IMG/VR virus record: IMGVR_UViG_3300050821_002963
Coordinates: 1 to 64,000 of that record
Origin: a virus
Length of the DNA: 64,000 nucleotides
Reading direction: 5' to 3' (one strand)
The stretch's first letter is position 1; each line of letters opens with the position of its first letter. Below the pieces are notes generated by a model. That model was not told the origin of the DNA, did no database searches, and saw only the letters and a list, made by a program, of their open reading frames with translations. Shown here in pieces: positions 39,518-49,454 of the stretch. The position numbers were made by a program, and so were the translations under genes.

Positions 39518-41397
39518 TGGCTTGGCAATCTCTATTGAACTTCGACAAGAAAGAGAAGGCTTTTACTCCTGTCGAAAAGAAGGAAAAGAAGCCTAGGGAG
39601 AAGAAGGCGACTCCTGGTAAGAAAGAACGTGGTTGCGAACACTGTCCGCTGAACGAGGTAAAGGGTCTAAAGAAGGTAAAGAATCTCGACAAGATTAAGG
39701 GCAAAGCCATCATGGTGTGGGCTCAGAATCCTGGCGAGGAAGAGAATAGAGAAGGACGAGAGTTGATTGGAAGAGCTGGTCAGCTCTTGTGGAAGGTAGC
39801 GGCCTCGGTTGGATTGAAAAGAGAAGATTGTGATATTCAGAACGTGGTCAGGTGTTGGACCATCAGTAAGAATGAAATCGGTCAGTGGGAACCGAGAGAA
39901 CCTTCGAAGGAAGAAATACATGCGTGCTCAATCTACAACGAAGAAGCCCTTGAAATTGCAGGCGGAAGAACTAAGGTACATCTTGTCCTTGGCCTCGTTG
40001 CGGCGAAGCATCTTCTTAAGGGAGATTTTAGAAAAGACCAAAAAACGTTCTACTCGGAAAAACTCAAAGCGTGGGTAGTGTGTGCATCGCATCCTTCCTA
40101 TTTCCTCAGAGGGGCCCCAAGGTCGAAGTTGAAAGAGTTTAGGGACTCACTGGCCTCGGTAGTCCAGAAGGCAAATCTAAAAGGTGGTAAGTTTGCTTAC
40201 GTAGAAGGGTTGGATGCAAAAGCGATTGGTGTGAATGAACTGGACGAGGAAGAGAAGAGAATCAGGGCATCTGGTAAGAGGGTCATTTTCGATATAGAAG
40301 ACGGGACGGATGAGATTGGGAACAACGTCATCGTCTACGTTGGGTGGTCCTATGACAGGAACAAGGCCAGGGGGTTGTTCCTTTTTCACGAGAAGCTGAA
40401 GAAGAACAAAGAGATACTGCTAAAGAAACATTCCTTCCTAAAGAGAGTCCTGGAAGACCCAACGATTAAGAAAGGGTTTCAGCACGGAGTCTACGACGTC
40501 TGGAAGTTACTGGAGAATCTGGCGATAGCGGTCAAAGGATTCGACCACGACACTCAATACTCTGAGTACTTTAGGTTCTCCGGGCAGCGTTCCTATGGAC
40601 TGGCTGCGATTGCGGATAGGAGGTTCAAAGAGTTCGCTGGGTATAAGGGGATACTGGACCCATATCGGGATAAAGGTACGCAGTTGGTAAACTTCTTTAC
40701 GCTGCCTCCAAAAATCATCGTTATATATAATGGTGCAGATAACATCCTGACCAAGAGAATAGAAGAAAGCAATGATGGGAAGGTCCCGCAGGGCTTACTG
40801 AAAGTCTACGTACTGTGTGCCCCACAGTTGGCCAGGATGGAAGAGAGGGGACCATTATTCGATTCGGAGTACTCAAAGATACTGGAAGAGTGGATTCCAA
40901 AGAAACTGGAATTCCTACTGAAGAAGCTGCGGGGACTATCCGGTTCGGATAAGTTCAATCCCAATTCGCCGGTTCAGGTGGCAGAGCTCATCTACGACAA
41001 GCTAAAGTTGGGCAGATATCTGGATGACAAATGGAAAAAGGACTTCCCGCGTTCCACGGATAAGGATACGTTGCAGTTGTTGGAGTCTTTCAGTCCGGTA
41101 CCAAGATTGATTACAGACTTCCGTCAGCTCTCAAAGAAGAAGGGCACGTACATGGATGGGTACAAGAAGTCGGCAGAGATGTACGGAGGAAGGTTGCGGA
41201 CAAAGTGGTGGTTGACTGGTACGGTTACAGGTCGGTTGCGGTCTGGTGGGGAGCGCGGAGAGAAGGAAAAATCAAAAGGCATTATCAATCTACAAAATAT
41301 TCATGGAGAATCTGAAATCGAAAACCTTTTGGTATCGGATTTGAGATGGCGAGAGCTGTATGGACTATGGGAGGAGAAAAGACATGGTAAAAAGTAG
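39517..41397 (+). CDS. Family A DNA polymerase, N-terminal part: family-4 UDG-like domain, 3'-5' exonuclease and thumb
   Basis: CEHCPL, NPGEEE, GRAGQLL, NVVRC, HPSYFLR; FDIED, YNGAD; FNPNSPVQV, TVTGRLRS, NLQNI. Confidence 0.92.
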   Translation: MAWQSLLNFDKKEKAFTPVEKKEKKPREKKATPGKKERGCEHCPLNEVKGLKKVKNLDKIKGKAIMVWAQNPGEEENREGRELIGRAGQLLWKVAASVGLKREDCDIQNVVRCWTISKNEIGQWEPREPSKEEIHACSIYNEEALEIAGGRTKVHLVLGLVAAKHLLKGDFRKDQKTFYSEKLKAWVVCASHPSYFLRGAPRSKLKEFRDSLASVVQKANLKGGKFAYVEGLDAKAIGVNELDEEEKRIRASGKRVIFDIEDGTDEIGNNVIVYVGWSYDRNKARGLFLFHEKLKKNKEILLKKHSFLKRVLEDPTIKKGFQHGVYDVWKLLENLAIAVKGFDHDTQYSEYFRFSGQRSYGLAAIADRRFKEFAGYKGILDPYRDKGTQLVNFFTLPPKIIVIYNGADNILTKRIEESNDGKVPQGLLKVYVLCAPQLARMEERGPLFDSEYSKILEEWIPKKLEFLLKKLRGLSGSDKFNPNSPVQVAELIYDKLKLGRYLDDKWKKDFPRSTDKDTLQLLESFSPVPRLITDFRQLSKKKGTYMDGYKKSAEMYGGRLRTKWWLTGTVTGRLRSGGERGEKEKSKGIINLQNIHGESEIENLLVSDLRWRELYGLWEEKRHGKK

Positions 41398-41405
41398 GGT
41401 TAGAT

Positions 41406-41972
41406 ATGAAGATAGGAACGAAGAGTGTGCTGTACGGGGCACACTGTTTTTTCTTGCACCCGTGGTTTGTGGCAGCGGCGTGGTGGCAGTTGTTTGGGTT
41501 TCCGTGGGACCTTAGATTGTGGGTGGCCTTCTTCGTACACGATATCGGTTATTGGGGAAAGCCGAATATGGATGGAGACGAAGGAGAGGAACACCCAAGA
41601 ACGGGTGCTATCCTCATGTACAAGTTATTCGGGCATGAGTGGTGGAAATTTTGTATGTACCATTCTCGGTTTTGGGCAAAGAGACACAATGAAAAACCGT
41701 CAGCTTTGTGCATAGCGGACAAGTTGGCTATCTGCTTGACGCCAAGGTGGTTGTATCTGCCGATGGTAAATTGGACAGGAGAGATTGAGGAGTACATGAA
41801 GTTTGCAGGCAAGATGAATAACTTACCGCCTGGATTATCCCAACGAGCTTGGCACGATGGGATGGTGAAGTATGTCAGGGCTTGGGTGGAAGAACACAAA
41901 GACGGGAAGGAAGATACCTGGACCAAGCCAAAGTCGAAGCAGACTAGTGACAAGAATGGAGTTTGGACGTGA
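41406..41972 (+). CDS. HD-superfamily phosphohydrolase-like protein
   Basis: H...VHDIGY...EEHP...YHS...IADK spacing. Confidence 0.65.
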   Translation: MKIGTKSVLYGAHCFFLHPWFVAAAWWQLFGFPWDLRLWVAFFVHDIGYWGKPNMDGDEGEEHPRTGAILMYKLFGHEWWKFCMYHSRFWAKRHNEKPSALCIADKLAICLTPRWLYLPMVNWTGEIEEYMKFAGKMNNLPPGLSQRAWHDGMVKYVRAWVEEHKDGKEDTWTKPKSKQTSDKNGVWT

Positions 41973-42868
41973 GCCTGCTTTCCAGATTCGGGGATTTGGA
42001 TGTATTTCTATCGGCGGACAACAGCCAGCTGGAAATTAGAGTGCTGGCCCAGATGTCTCAGGACCAGAAGCTGATTGGCTTGATTCAATCGGGAGAGGAC
42101 ATCCATAGTTCAGTCGGTCATGTTCTAACTGGGTGGCCAATAGAGAAAATCAAAAAAGACCGTGATATGAGAACGACTGTGAAGGGAATTCACTTCGGAA
42201 TCATTTACGGGTTGTCGGGGGAGTCCCTGTACTGGAAGCTCAAGACGGAAGCAGCTGAGCAAGGTAAGCAGTTCAACATGAGTAAGGAGCAGGTGATGGC
42301 TCTGCACTCAGCTTACTTTAAGAAGTTTGCGGGAGTAGATAGGTGGCTGAAAGCTCAGGTGGAATTTGCACAGGAGCACGGCTACGTTCCTACGCTATTC
42401 GGATTCAAGAGAGAGATTTCTCCATTCGGGGATGAGGACAGGGCCACGTTCTGGGCGAATCAGTCCAAGAACTCACCTATTCAGGGAACGGCACACCAGT
42501 TGCTTCTCATTGCTTTGGCTATTCTGGAGATTAAGAAAAAGACTTACCATCTGTTACAGAGGTTGGCTATGGAAGGCCATGACGCATTGGTCAGCTTTGT
42601 AGCATTGCGAGATCTACTGGAAGCGTACAAACAGATAATGTACCTATTGGAAACAGACGTTCTCATCTATGTGAAAAAGTGGTGGCCGGAGATAGATTGG
42701 CAGGTACCGCTTAAGGCAGAAGCAAAAGTCGGGTTCAGATACGGGGTTAAGATAGACTACGCAGGTGAGTCGGTTGAGGAGTTCGTTGAGAAGTGGTGTA
42801 AAGAGAATTACGAGTTTGAGAAGAAGTTGAAGGAAGATATCGAGAAACCATTTGAGCTTTCTGTATAA
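41969..42868 (+). CDS. Family A DNA polymerase, C-terminal catalytic part
   Basis: Motif A ADNSQLEIR, motif B RTTVKGIHFGIIYG, NSPIQGTA, motif C GHDAL. Confidence 0.93.
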   Translation: MSLLSRFGDLDVFLSADNSQLEIRVLAQMSQDQKLIGLIQSGEDIHSSVGHVLTGWPIEKIKKDRDMRTTVKGIHFGIIYGLSGESLYWKLKTEAAEQGKQFNMSKEQVMALHSAYFKKFAGVDRWLKAQVEFAQEHGYVPTLFGFKREISPFGDEDRATFWANQSKNSPIQGTAHQLLLIALAILEIKKKTYHLLQRLAMEGHDALVSFVALRDLLEAYKQIMYLLETDVLIYVKKWWPEIDWQVPLKAEAKVGFRYGVKIDYAGESVEEFVEKWCKENYEFEKKLKEDIEKPFELSV

Positions 42869-42877
42869 TATAGAGCC

Positions 42878-43372
42878 ATGATAAAGAAACTGCCTATCGG
42901 GGAAGTGAACATCAAAGAGATAGTGGACCATCTTGCCTTTGAGGAAGAGGACTTACAGACGGCGGCACTGGAACAAGCCAAGTTGTATATGGCTGCTGCC
43001 ACCTATCGTGTCAAACAGATGCGACACAGACAAGAAGCGGAAATGCATCTGGATAATCTTCGTGTGGACTACGGGCTGAAGTTAAGAATGAAGTACAAAG
43101 GACAAAAGGGAACGACAGAACGTTTCATCAACGATATGATTGAGCGAGTGCCCGAGATACGCACAGCAGTTTCAGAAGTAGCCAAAGCGAAGCGGTTCGA
43201 AGAGTGGTCAAAACTTCTCTTGGATGCTTTTGAACATAGAAGGTCTTCGTTAAAGATACTGTCTCAGTTCATCTTTATGCAAGACACTTTTACGGGGAAG
43301 TTCGAGACAGGTAAACTGAAAGCTAGACGGGCCGCGCTGAGGGGTCAGCTTGCTGAACAGGAGGAAGTATGA
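42878..43372 (+). CDS. Helical protein, possibly a UvsY-like recombination mediator
   Basis: Coiled coil ending AFEHRRSSL; near SSB and RecA. Confidence 0.45.
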   Translation: MIKKLPIGEVNIKEIVDHLAFEEEDLQTAALEQAKLYMAAATYRVKQMRHRQEAEMHLDNLRVDYGLKLRMKYKGQKGTTERFINDMIERVPEIRTAVSEVAKAKRFEEWSKLLLDAFEHRRSSLKILSQFIFMQDTFTGKFETGKLKARRAALRGQLAEQEEV

Positions 43373-43581
43373 GCTGGCAAGGACAGTTTACTCTTTGGAT
43401 GCTTTCCGTAATATCATACGCATTCGTGAGTTTGGTTTGCGTAGCGGTATTAAAGCGAGCGGTAATCGCGGGATTAAAGGAGGTGGTACTTTTCTACTTT
43501 ACCGAGAAGGTGAAGTGGTTGGAGGAAGTGGAAAAGAAGTTTGGAGGTAAAGGTAGTCAGTTCGGTTCGGCACTTCACTAA
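43369..43581 (+). CDS. Small membrane protein
   Basis: One hydrophobic segment. Confidence 0.45.
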   Translation: MSWQGQFTLWMLSVISYAFVSLVCVAVLKRAVIAGLKEVVLFYFTEKVKWLEEVEKKFGGKGSQFGSALH

Positions 43582-43608
43582 GAAAGAAGGAGTCTAAAAC
43601 GCTAAACG

Positions 43609-44646
43609 ATGGATAAGCGGGAAGCAATCAAACAGCGGTTGAAGGAACGTACGACCTCAAAGCGGTTCAAGTTGCCGGAAGGCGATACGACATTCCGGGT
43701 TTTACCGAACGCGAAGGGCTTAGATAAATTCGCATTTGTTGAATACGCTATGCATAGCAACGTCGGGGCGAGAAAAGCCTACCTTCGTTGCGGTGACAAG
43801 AAGGCCGGGGAAGGTAACTGCTGGCTTTGCACGAAAGTAGCTGAGTTGGGAGAATCGAAAAAGTCTGCGGCCAGAGAAGCTGCGGATAAGATGAAGAGAA
43901 AGGAAGCATGCGCAGTACAGATTGCCTACGTATCGGATGGAAAGTGGATTGGTCCGGTATTATGGGAAATGCCTGTCTCGATAGCGAACAAGCTGATGGG
44001 CATTATGAGTCGCAAGGAAGTGGAGAATCCTGAGAAGGGTTACAATATCACTATTTCCAGAGTCGGTACGGGAATGACTGACACCAGATACGGAGACATG
44101 GACAGGGACGATGAACCCTCTGCAGCTCCGGCAAAGGTGTTGGCGGCTTTACAGCCATTCGGGGAAGTCGTAAGGAAGTATGACGAGGCTCTCCAGAAGA
44201 AAGAGTTCTTCGGCCATGAGCAGACGGAGGATATTACAGAAGAAGAACCGGCTGAAGAAGAGGAAGTAAAACCGACAAGCAAGAAGAAGCCAGCCGTGGT
44301 GGAAGAAGAGGAAGAAGAAGTACAAGTAGCTAAGAAACCTGCCGCGAAGAAAAAGCCTGTAGTGGAAGAGGAAGAAACGACGGAAGCGGATGAAGACGGC
44401 TCTGCGGAGGACGACCTCTTTGGAGACGGCGACATCCCTAATTTGGATGACGAGACTGAAGGAGAAGAAAGTGGTCAAGAAGAGGAAGAAGAAACCCCTA
44501 AGCCCAGCAAAAAGCCAAGCGGCAAGCCGAGTAAGAAAGTCGAGCCAGAGCCAGAAGAGGAAGAAGAACCAGTCGCAGTCAGTAAAAAGCCGGCTGCGAA
44601 GCCAAAAGCCAAGCCCACCCCACCAACAGACGACGATGGCTTCTGA
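43609..44646 (+). CDS. ssDNA-binding protein (gp32-like) with long acidic tail
   Basis: TFRVLP, H...C...CWLC Zn site, KGYNITISR.G...TRY; tail ends DDDGF. Confidence 0.8.
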   Translation: MDKREAIKQRLKERTTSKRFKLPEGDTTFRVLPNAKGLDKFAFVEYAMHSNVGARKAYLRCGDKKAGEGNCWLCTKVAELGESKKSAAREAADKMKRKEACAVQIAYVSDGKWIGPVLWEMPVSIANKLMGIMSRKEVENPEKGYNITISRVGTGMTDTRYGDMDRDDEPSAAPAKVLAALQPFGEVVRKYDEALQKKEFFGHEQTEDITEEEPAEEEEVKPTSKKKPAVVEEEEEEVQVAKKPAAKKKPVVEEEETTEADEDGSAEDDLFGDGDIPNLDDETEGEESGQEEEEETPKPSKKPSGKPSKKVEPEPEEEEEPVAVSKKPAAKPKAKPTPPTDDDGF

Positions 44647-44809
44647 GGAACAGAAGCTTAACTTTGGTTTGGGACACGACCCGGGTCCAACGACGGAAAA
44701 AGAGGTAGAACATCTGTATAAGGAACCGGACGATACACCAGAACCAGAGCTTGAAGAGGATGTAGAAGAGGAAGAAGACGAGGAGTATATGGACCTACCA
44801 AAAGACTAA
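44636..44809 (+). CDS. Highly acidic 57-aa protein
   Basis: Fills the SSB-RecA gap with coupled ends. Confidence 0.45.
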   Translation: MASEEQKLNFGLGHDPGPTTEKEVEHLYKEPDDTPEPELEEDVEEEEDEEYMDLPKD

Positions 44810-45732
44810 TGGCCAACAAACCAACGAGCTCGGTCTCCTATTCAGCGGAGGCCGAGCTTGCTTTAATTCGGAAGAAGCTAAAGCATTTTACCACCAAGCA
44901 ACCGACTAAGTACTGGTTAGATACGGGAGACAAACACCTGAACTCTACGTTTGGTTCAGAAAGAGATGGGGTTCCGTACGGTAAGCTGTTCGAGTTGGCT
45001 GGTTGGGAATCGAACGGCAAGACAGCACAGATGCTAAAGCTGATGGGTATGGCTCAGAAAGACGGGGCCAAAGCGGCGGAAGTGGATTTGGAAGGTAGCT
45101 GGGACCCTGAGTGGGCTCGGCAGCTAGGCGTGAACCCGGAAGAGGTGTTGGTCTTCCAGCCTGAGATTGGTCTATTCGGAGATGAGAAGGAAGAGAGGAT
45201 GCAGTACGGTGAGGAAGTTTTCGAGGAAGTAGACCTGTGGTTGAAAAGATGCAAGAAGCAGAACCCCAATGGCAGAATCTTTTTGGGGGTGGATTCGATA
45301 GCAGCCATCATGACAGAGGAAGACGAGGTAGCAGGAATTGAGAATCAGAACATGCGGACAAAGATTTCGCAAGCTACCTTTCTATCTAGATTGCTGAGAC
45401 GGTGGGTGGCTCTGGCACGGGCTACCAATGCCATGATGTTCTTTATCAATCAGCTCAGGGTTTCTCCGGGCGTAATGTTTGGCAATCCCGAGTACACACC
45501 AGGAGGAAATGCCGTTAGACTCTACTCATCGGTTCGGGTGAGGATGAGACGGAAGGGGAAGCCAATCTTGAAGGGCGGAAAGAAAGTTGGGATAAAAGGG
45601 AAACTCCAGAACTACAAGAACAAGGCTGGTAATGGTTCGCGAGAAGGGTTCGAATGCGGCTACAAGCTATACTTTGACGGTAAGCTCAAGTATGTAGACG
45701 TGGACGAGATAAAAATCGAGGGGACCGAGTAA
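44809..45732 (+). CDS. recA: RecA/UvsX-like recombinase
   Basis: GVPYGK..E..GWESNGKT, VDSIAA, FINQLR, FGNPEYTPGGNAVRLYSSVR. Confidence 0.93.
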   Translation: MANKPTSSVSYSAEAELALIRKKLKHFTTKQPTKYWLDTGDKHLNSTFGSERDGVPYGKLFELAGWESNGKTAQMLKLMGMAQKDGAKAAEVDLEGSWDPEWARQLGVNPEEVLVFQPEIGLFGDEKEERMQYGEEVFEEVDLWLKRCKKQNPNGRIFLGVDSIAAIMTEEDEVAGIENQNMRTKISQATFLSRLLRRWVALARATNAMMFFINQLRVSPGVMFGNPEYTPGGNAVRLYSSVRVRMRRKGKPILKGGKKVGIKGKLQNYKNKAGNGSREGFECGYKLYFDGKLKYVDVDEIKIEGTE

Positions 45733-45733
45733 A

Positions 45734-47660
45734 ATGGAATCCAGCCTGAGAGCAAAAGCCATCCATCGTAGGATGGGAAGCATATTCCGAGCCTTAGTCG
45801 GTACAGGTAGGTTGAATCCGACGTCAGCTACGCTATCTTTTCGAGAATGGATGCATTACGAAGTGAGGCCGTGTGACAGGCCAATGGTTTTGAAATATAT
45901 GGAAGAGTCGTTGAAAGAAGTAGAGAGACGGGTAAGATGGATTAGGCAGGAGTTGCAAGATACTCAAGTGGAGGTTAGTGATGGCAAAGGACAACAAGTC
46001 CCTATACAGTTGGGACAAGATAATCTACGGGCTGGTATCAGAAGTGGGTTGCGGCACCATGAGTGCGAAGGAGGCCTCAGACAAGCTCAGAGAGTACGTC
46101 CAAGGCATGGATGAGAAGGAGAGGGCAGAGTTCAGAGAAAAGGCCTTGGGTAGAGCCAGCACTATCATGCAAGTAGCGGAATTGTTCAAACAGGAGTTGA
46201 CGTTGATAGGAGCAGGGCAGTGAATGAAGTGAAGATAGCAGTTTGGTTGTTTTGTTTTGGTGGGCTCGTTTATTCTCTGGTTAGGTTGGCAACGGAGAGT
46301 TGTAGACATTGTCACATGGCCAGAATGGATGGGCATACTCGAGATTGTCCTAGGTACAAAAGCAGTAAACGTTTCTATTAAGGAGAAGAACGATGGAAAA
46401 TCTGGTTCGAGAGGCAGTAAAACCTTTGCAGCTAGTTGAAGTAGACATGGCTGAGAAGGTGTTGGCAGACAGAGCGATAAAGGAGTTGGGGTACAGCCCA
46501 CTTGCTAATGCGGTAGCTGAGAAATTGCGGTTGGCTGCCAAAGAAAACTATGCTGAGATTTTTAAGAAACTTGGCATTGAGCCATTCTCCAAAGAAAGTG
46601 TGGAGAAGTACAAGGCAGAGATGCTGAGAAAGGCCAATTTTTCGGGTGTGGTTAGAGAAGCACTTTCTGAAGACTTGGGCGCGTACCTTTTCTTCGCCTC
46701 TGCCTTTGTTACCTTTGTTACCGTTGTTGCTTTTGTAATTGTTGCCGTAGAGGCTGGTATAGCTCACCACGGTTGCCGAAGCACTATCTTGCTGAACTGG
46801 AAATGATGGAACAGCAGTACAGACAGATTAGCTATTACGTCCCGCGGCTGTCTCCAGAAGAGGAAAGATTGCAGCAGATGCTTGAGGAACATCGGGTTAG
46901 CTTCGAACGTTGGTTTCGTCAATACATGAACCAGCAGCTGTGGTCTAGTTATTCTAATCCACATTTCGACCCATGGAAAGTGATACCAATACCGCCGCTG
47001 AAGATACGTTACCGGTTTTGTTCACTTCCTCAAGTATCTGTTCAGGCAGAAAGCGAACTACCTATGGCAACTATGACTATCGGAAATGTAACCGTGTGGC
47101 AGGAGTGGAATTCTCTTTACTATCAGTACCAGCTGCAAGGTACTGCAACAGCTGCCAATTCGATAAGTAACTACGGTACTGGTACGACAGCTCAGGATGT
47201 ATGGATGCAGTGGAACCAGTACTATCAGCAACAGACAGGCATGATGACTCCGCCAGTAAGTAGGGTAGCGGAAATAACTCCGGAACAGTTGGCTCAGCAG
47301 AGAGAGCTAGCTGCTAGACAACAAGAAGAAGCGAGAGTGGCTGCTTGTAAGAGAGACGAAGAACGGGCGGCGGCTAAACAGAAAGCCAAGGAGCTACTGG
47401 TCAGTGCTTTGGAAGCAGAGCAGAAGGCAAGCTTCGAGAAGAATGGTTACTTTGATGTGGTAGTCAAAGATAAGACCTACAGAATTAAGCCAGGCGAGAT
47501 GATTCTGCTGTTGAACGAAAAGAGGGTTGTGTGCAGGTACTGCATCCACCCTGAGCATGGGTCTCAGTTACCCCATGAAGATGTGGCACTGAGTCAGAAG
47601 CTGCTGTTGGAATCATCGGAAGAAACATTCTTGACGATTGCCAACAGACATTCTGTATAA
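45734..47660 (+). other. Hypothetical genes (45734-46114, 45978-46223, 46393-46806, about 46803-47660)
   Basis: ORFs with RBSs or overlaps; no recognisable family. Confidence 0.5.
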
Positions 47661-47684
47661 TTAGCTCAAGGGCGAAGGGAAAGC

Positions 47685-48698
47685 ATGAAGAGAACATTGG
47701 CGCATGTGCTACGGCCAAGAAAGCTTTCCCAGTTAATCGGGCAGCCAAAGCTGGTGGCTCAGATTCGGAATCAGTACAAGTCTGAGCGAGAGCCTCCAGC
47801 TTGGCAGTTTCAAGGTGTAACTGGTACTGGGAAGACGACGGTGGCACGGATACTGGCTTTGTCTTTGCAGTGCACTCATGCCGAGTTTGGTGAGCCCTGC
47901 GATGAGTGCTACGCCAACAGATTGAATTTCTCGATAAGAGATGTCAACGCTTCGCATCTTGGTGGTAAGGAAGATATGGCGAAGCTGGTAGATTCGGCGC
48001 AATACATGCCTGCCCCACCTTCCAGAAGAATAGTTATTATCTTGGACGAGGCTCAGAAGATTTCGGACTCTGGCCAGAATCTCCTACTAAAAGCAATGGA
48101 AGATACCCCGGATACGACAGTCTGGATTGTGGCTACGTCTGAGCCTACGTTGTTGAAGCCTGCCTTTGCTAGAAGATGTGAGATTGGGATTCTTAAGTTG
48201 CTCCAGGTGGAAGACATAAAGAAGTTGATACGCAGGGCTTTCAAGTACACGGCATACACGGGAGAATTGGAACCACTTTTGGATGCCTTGTGTGAAGCAA
48301 AGATTCAGTCTTCCGGCATCATCCTCAATGCAGTAGAGAAGTATGTGAATGGGATGGATGCGGCGGATGCGGTTAAGTTGGTTGGTGGTGAGGCAGATGT
48401 GTTAGCCATCTGTCGAGCGCTGGAGAAGGGAGATTGGAATGAAATCAAAAAGCAAACCAAAGAAGCTACGGGAGATGACCTCAGAGGAATTAGAGCTGCG
48501 GTTGCAGCTTATCTGCGTGGGGCACTTGAGTCGGCAATACCAGGACCTAGAGCTATGGATTGGGCAAGAGCGATTGACACTGTGGCGAGAGTCGATTCTT
48601 ATACAGACGCGACTCAAGGACCTGCAACAGTAGCAGCTTTGTATCAGCTTTGTCAGCAATTCACTGGACCTATAAGAGGGCAGGACGATGAAGACTAA
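47685..48698 (+). CDS. Clamp loader, DnaX (gamma/tau)-like AAA+ ATPase
   Basis: LRPRKLSQLIGQ, GTGKTTVARILA..LQC, PCDEC..., IILDEAQ, NLLLK..E. Confidence 0.9.
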   Translation: MKRTLAHVLRPRKLSQLIGQPKLVAQIRNQYKSEREPPAWQFQGVTGTGKTTVARILALSLQCTHAEFGEPCDECYANRLNFSIRDVNASHLGGKEDMAKLVDSAQYMPAPPSRRIVIILDEAQKISDSGQNLLLKAMEDTPDTTVWIVATSEPTLLKPAFARRCEIGILKLLQVEDIKKLIRRAFKYTAYTGELEPLLDALCEAKIQSSGIILNAVEKYVNGMDAADAVKLVGGEADVLAICRALEKGDWNEIKKQTKEATGDDLRGIRAAVAAYLRGALESAIPGPRAMDWARAIDTVARVDSYTDATQGPATVAALYQLCQQFTGPIRGQDDED

Positions 48699-49454
48699 CA
48701 TGTTGGTCAGATGGATTTTGGAAATTTTTGTATTGGAGGAAGTTTGGAGGCATAGTCATTGGTCAGTGGCATTGACTTTGACTCTCTTTACGGTGCGGGT
48801 TGAGTTGCAGGATTGTGTGAAAGAGATACGTAGAAAGAATGACCAGGATTTGAAAGACAGATTGTTTCGTTTAGCAGGAATGAAATAAGCCCTACGGGAG
48901 GAGTTAAAGCAACAAACAAGGAAGAACGAAATGGCGAGAGGTTCATTGTTTCAATATGCGGTGCTGTACCATCCTAGAGAGAAGAAGGATGCAGCTGGTA
49001 ATCCAACAGAAACAAAGAAGTCAATTCTGGTGACGCCAGTAACGAATATCCTGGCTACGTCGGACAAGGAAGTTGGTATTCTAGCGGCGCGGTCTTTGCC
49101 GGAAGAGTATCTGGACAAGCTGGACGATGTGGAGATTATCGTCAAGCCTTTTTAGTGGCCCTTCCGGTCGGGCAAAAGAAAGAGGCTGGTAAAACAAAAG
49201 CAGCGAATGATGATTTGAAACAGCAGTTAGAAGACATGAAAGAAGCGTGGGAGTCAATGCCGAAGTTCTACGAGAAGCGAAAGGTCGAGAGACGGTTGCT
49301 TGGTGGTCTGGAGTTTTGGGGAGGATTGCAGGCGCCTGGCAGCTACTATGTTGGAGACATCTCCAATGCTGGTGGCAGTGGATTATCTTACACGGTGTCC
49401 AGTTCGGACAGTCCGTCTTACAGCGTGATAGCCTCACAAGCTCTGAAAGGATAA
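48688..49454 (+). other. Three small hypothetical genes (48688, 48931, 49155)
   Basis: ORF track; coupled arrangement. Confidence 0.5.

Noticed and set aside
41398-41968. Group I intron or intein in the polymerase
   Set aside because: The gap is fully occupied by a coupled ORF with no nuclease motifs, no room for a ribozyme core, and no intein terminal residues
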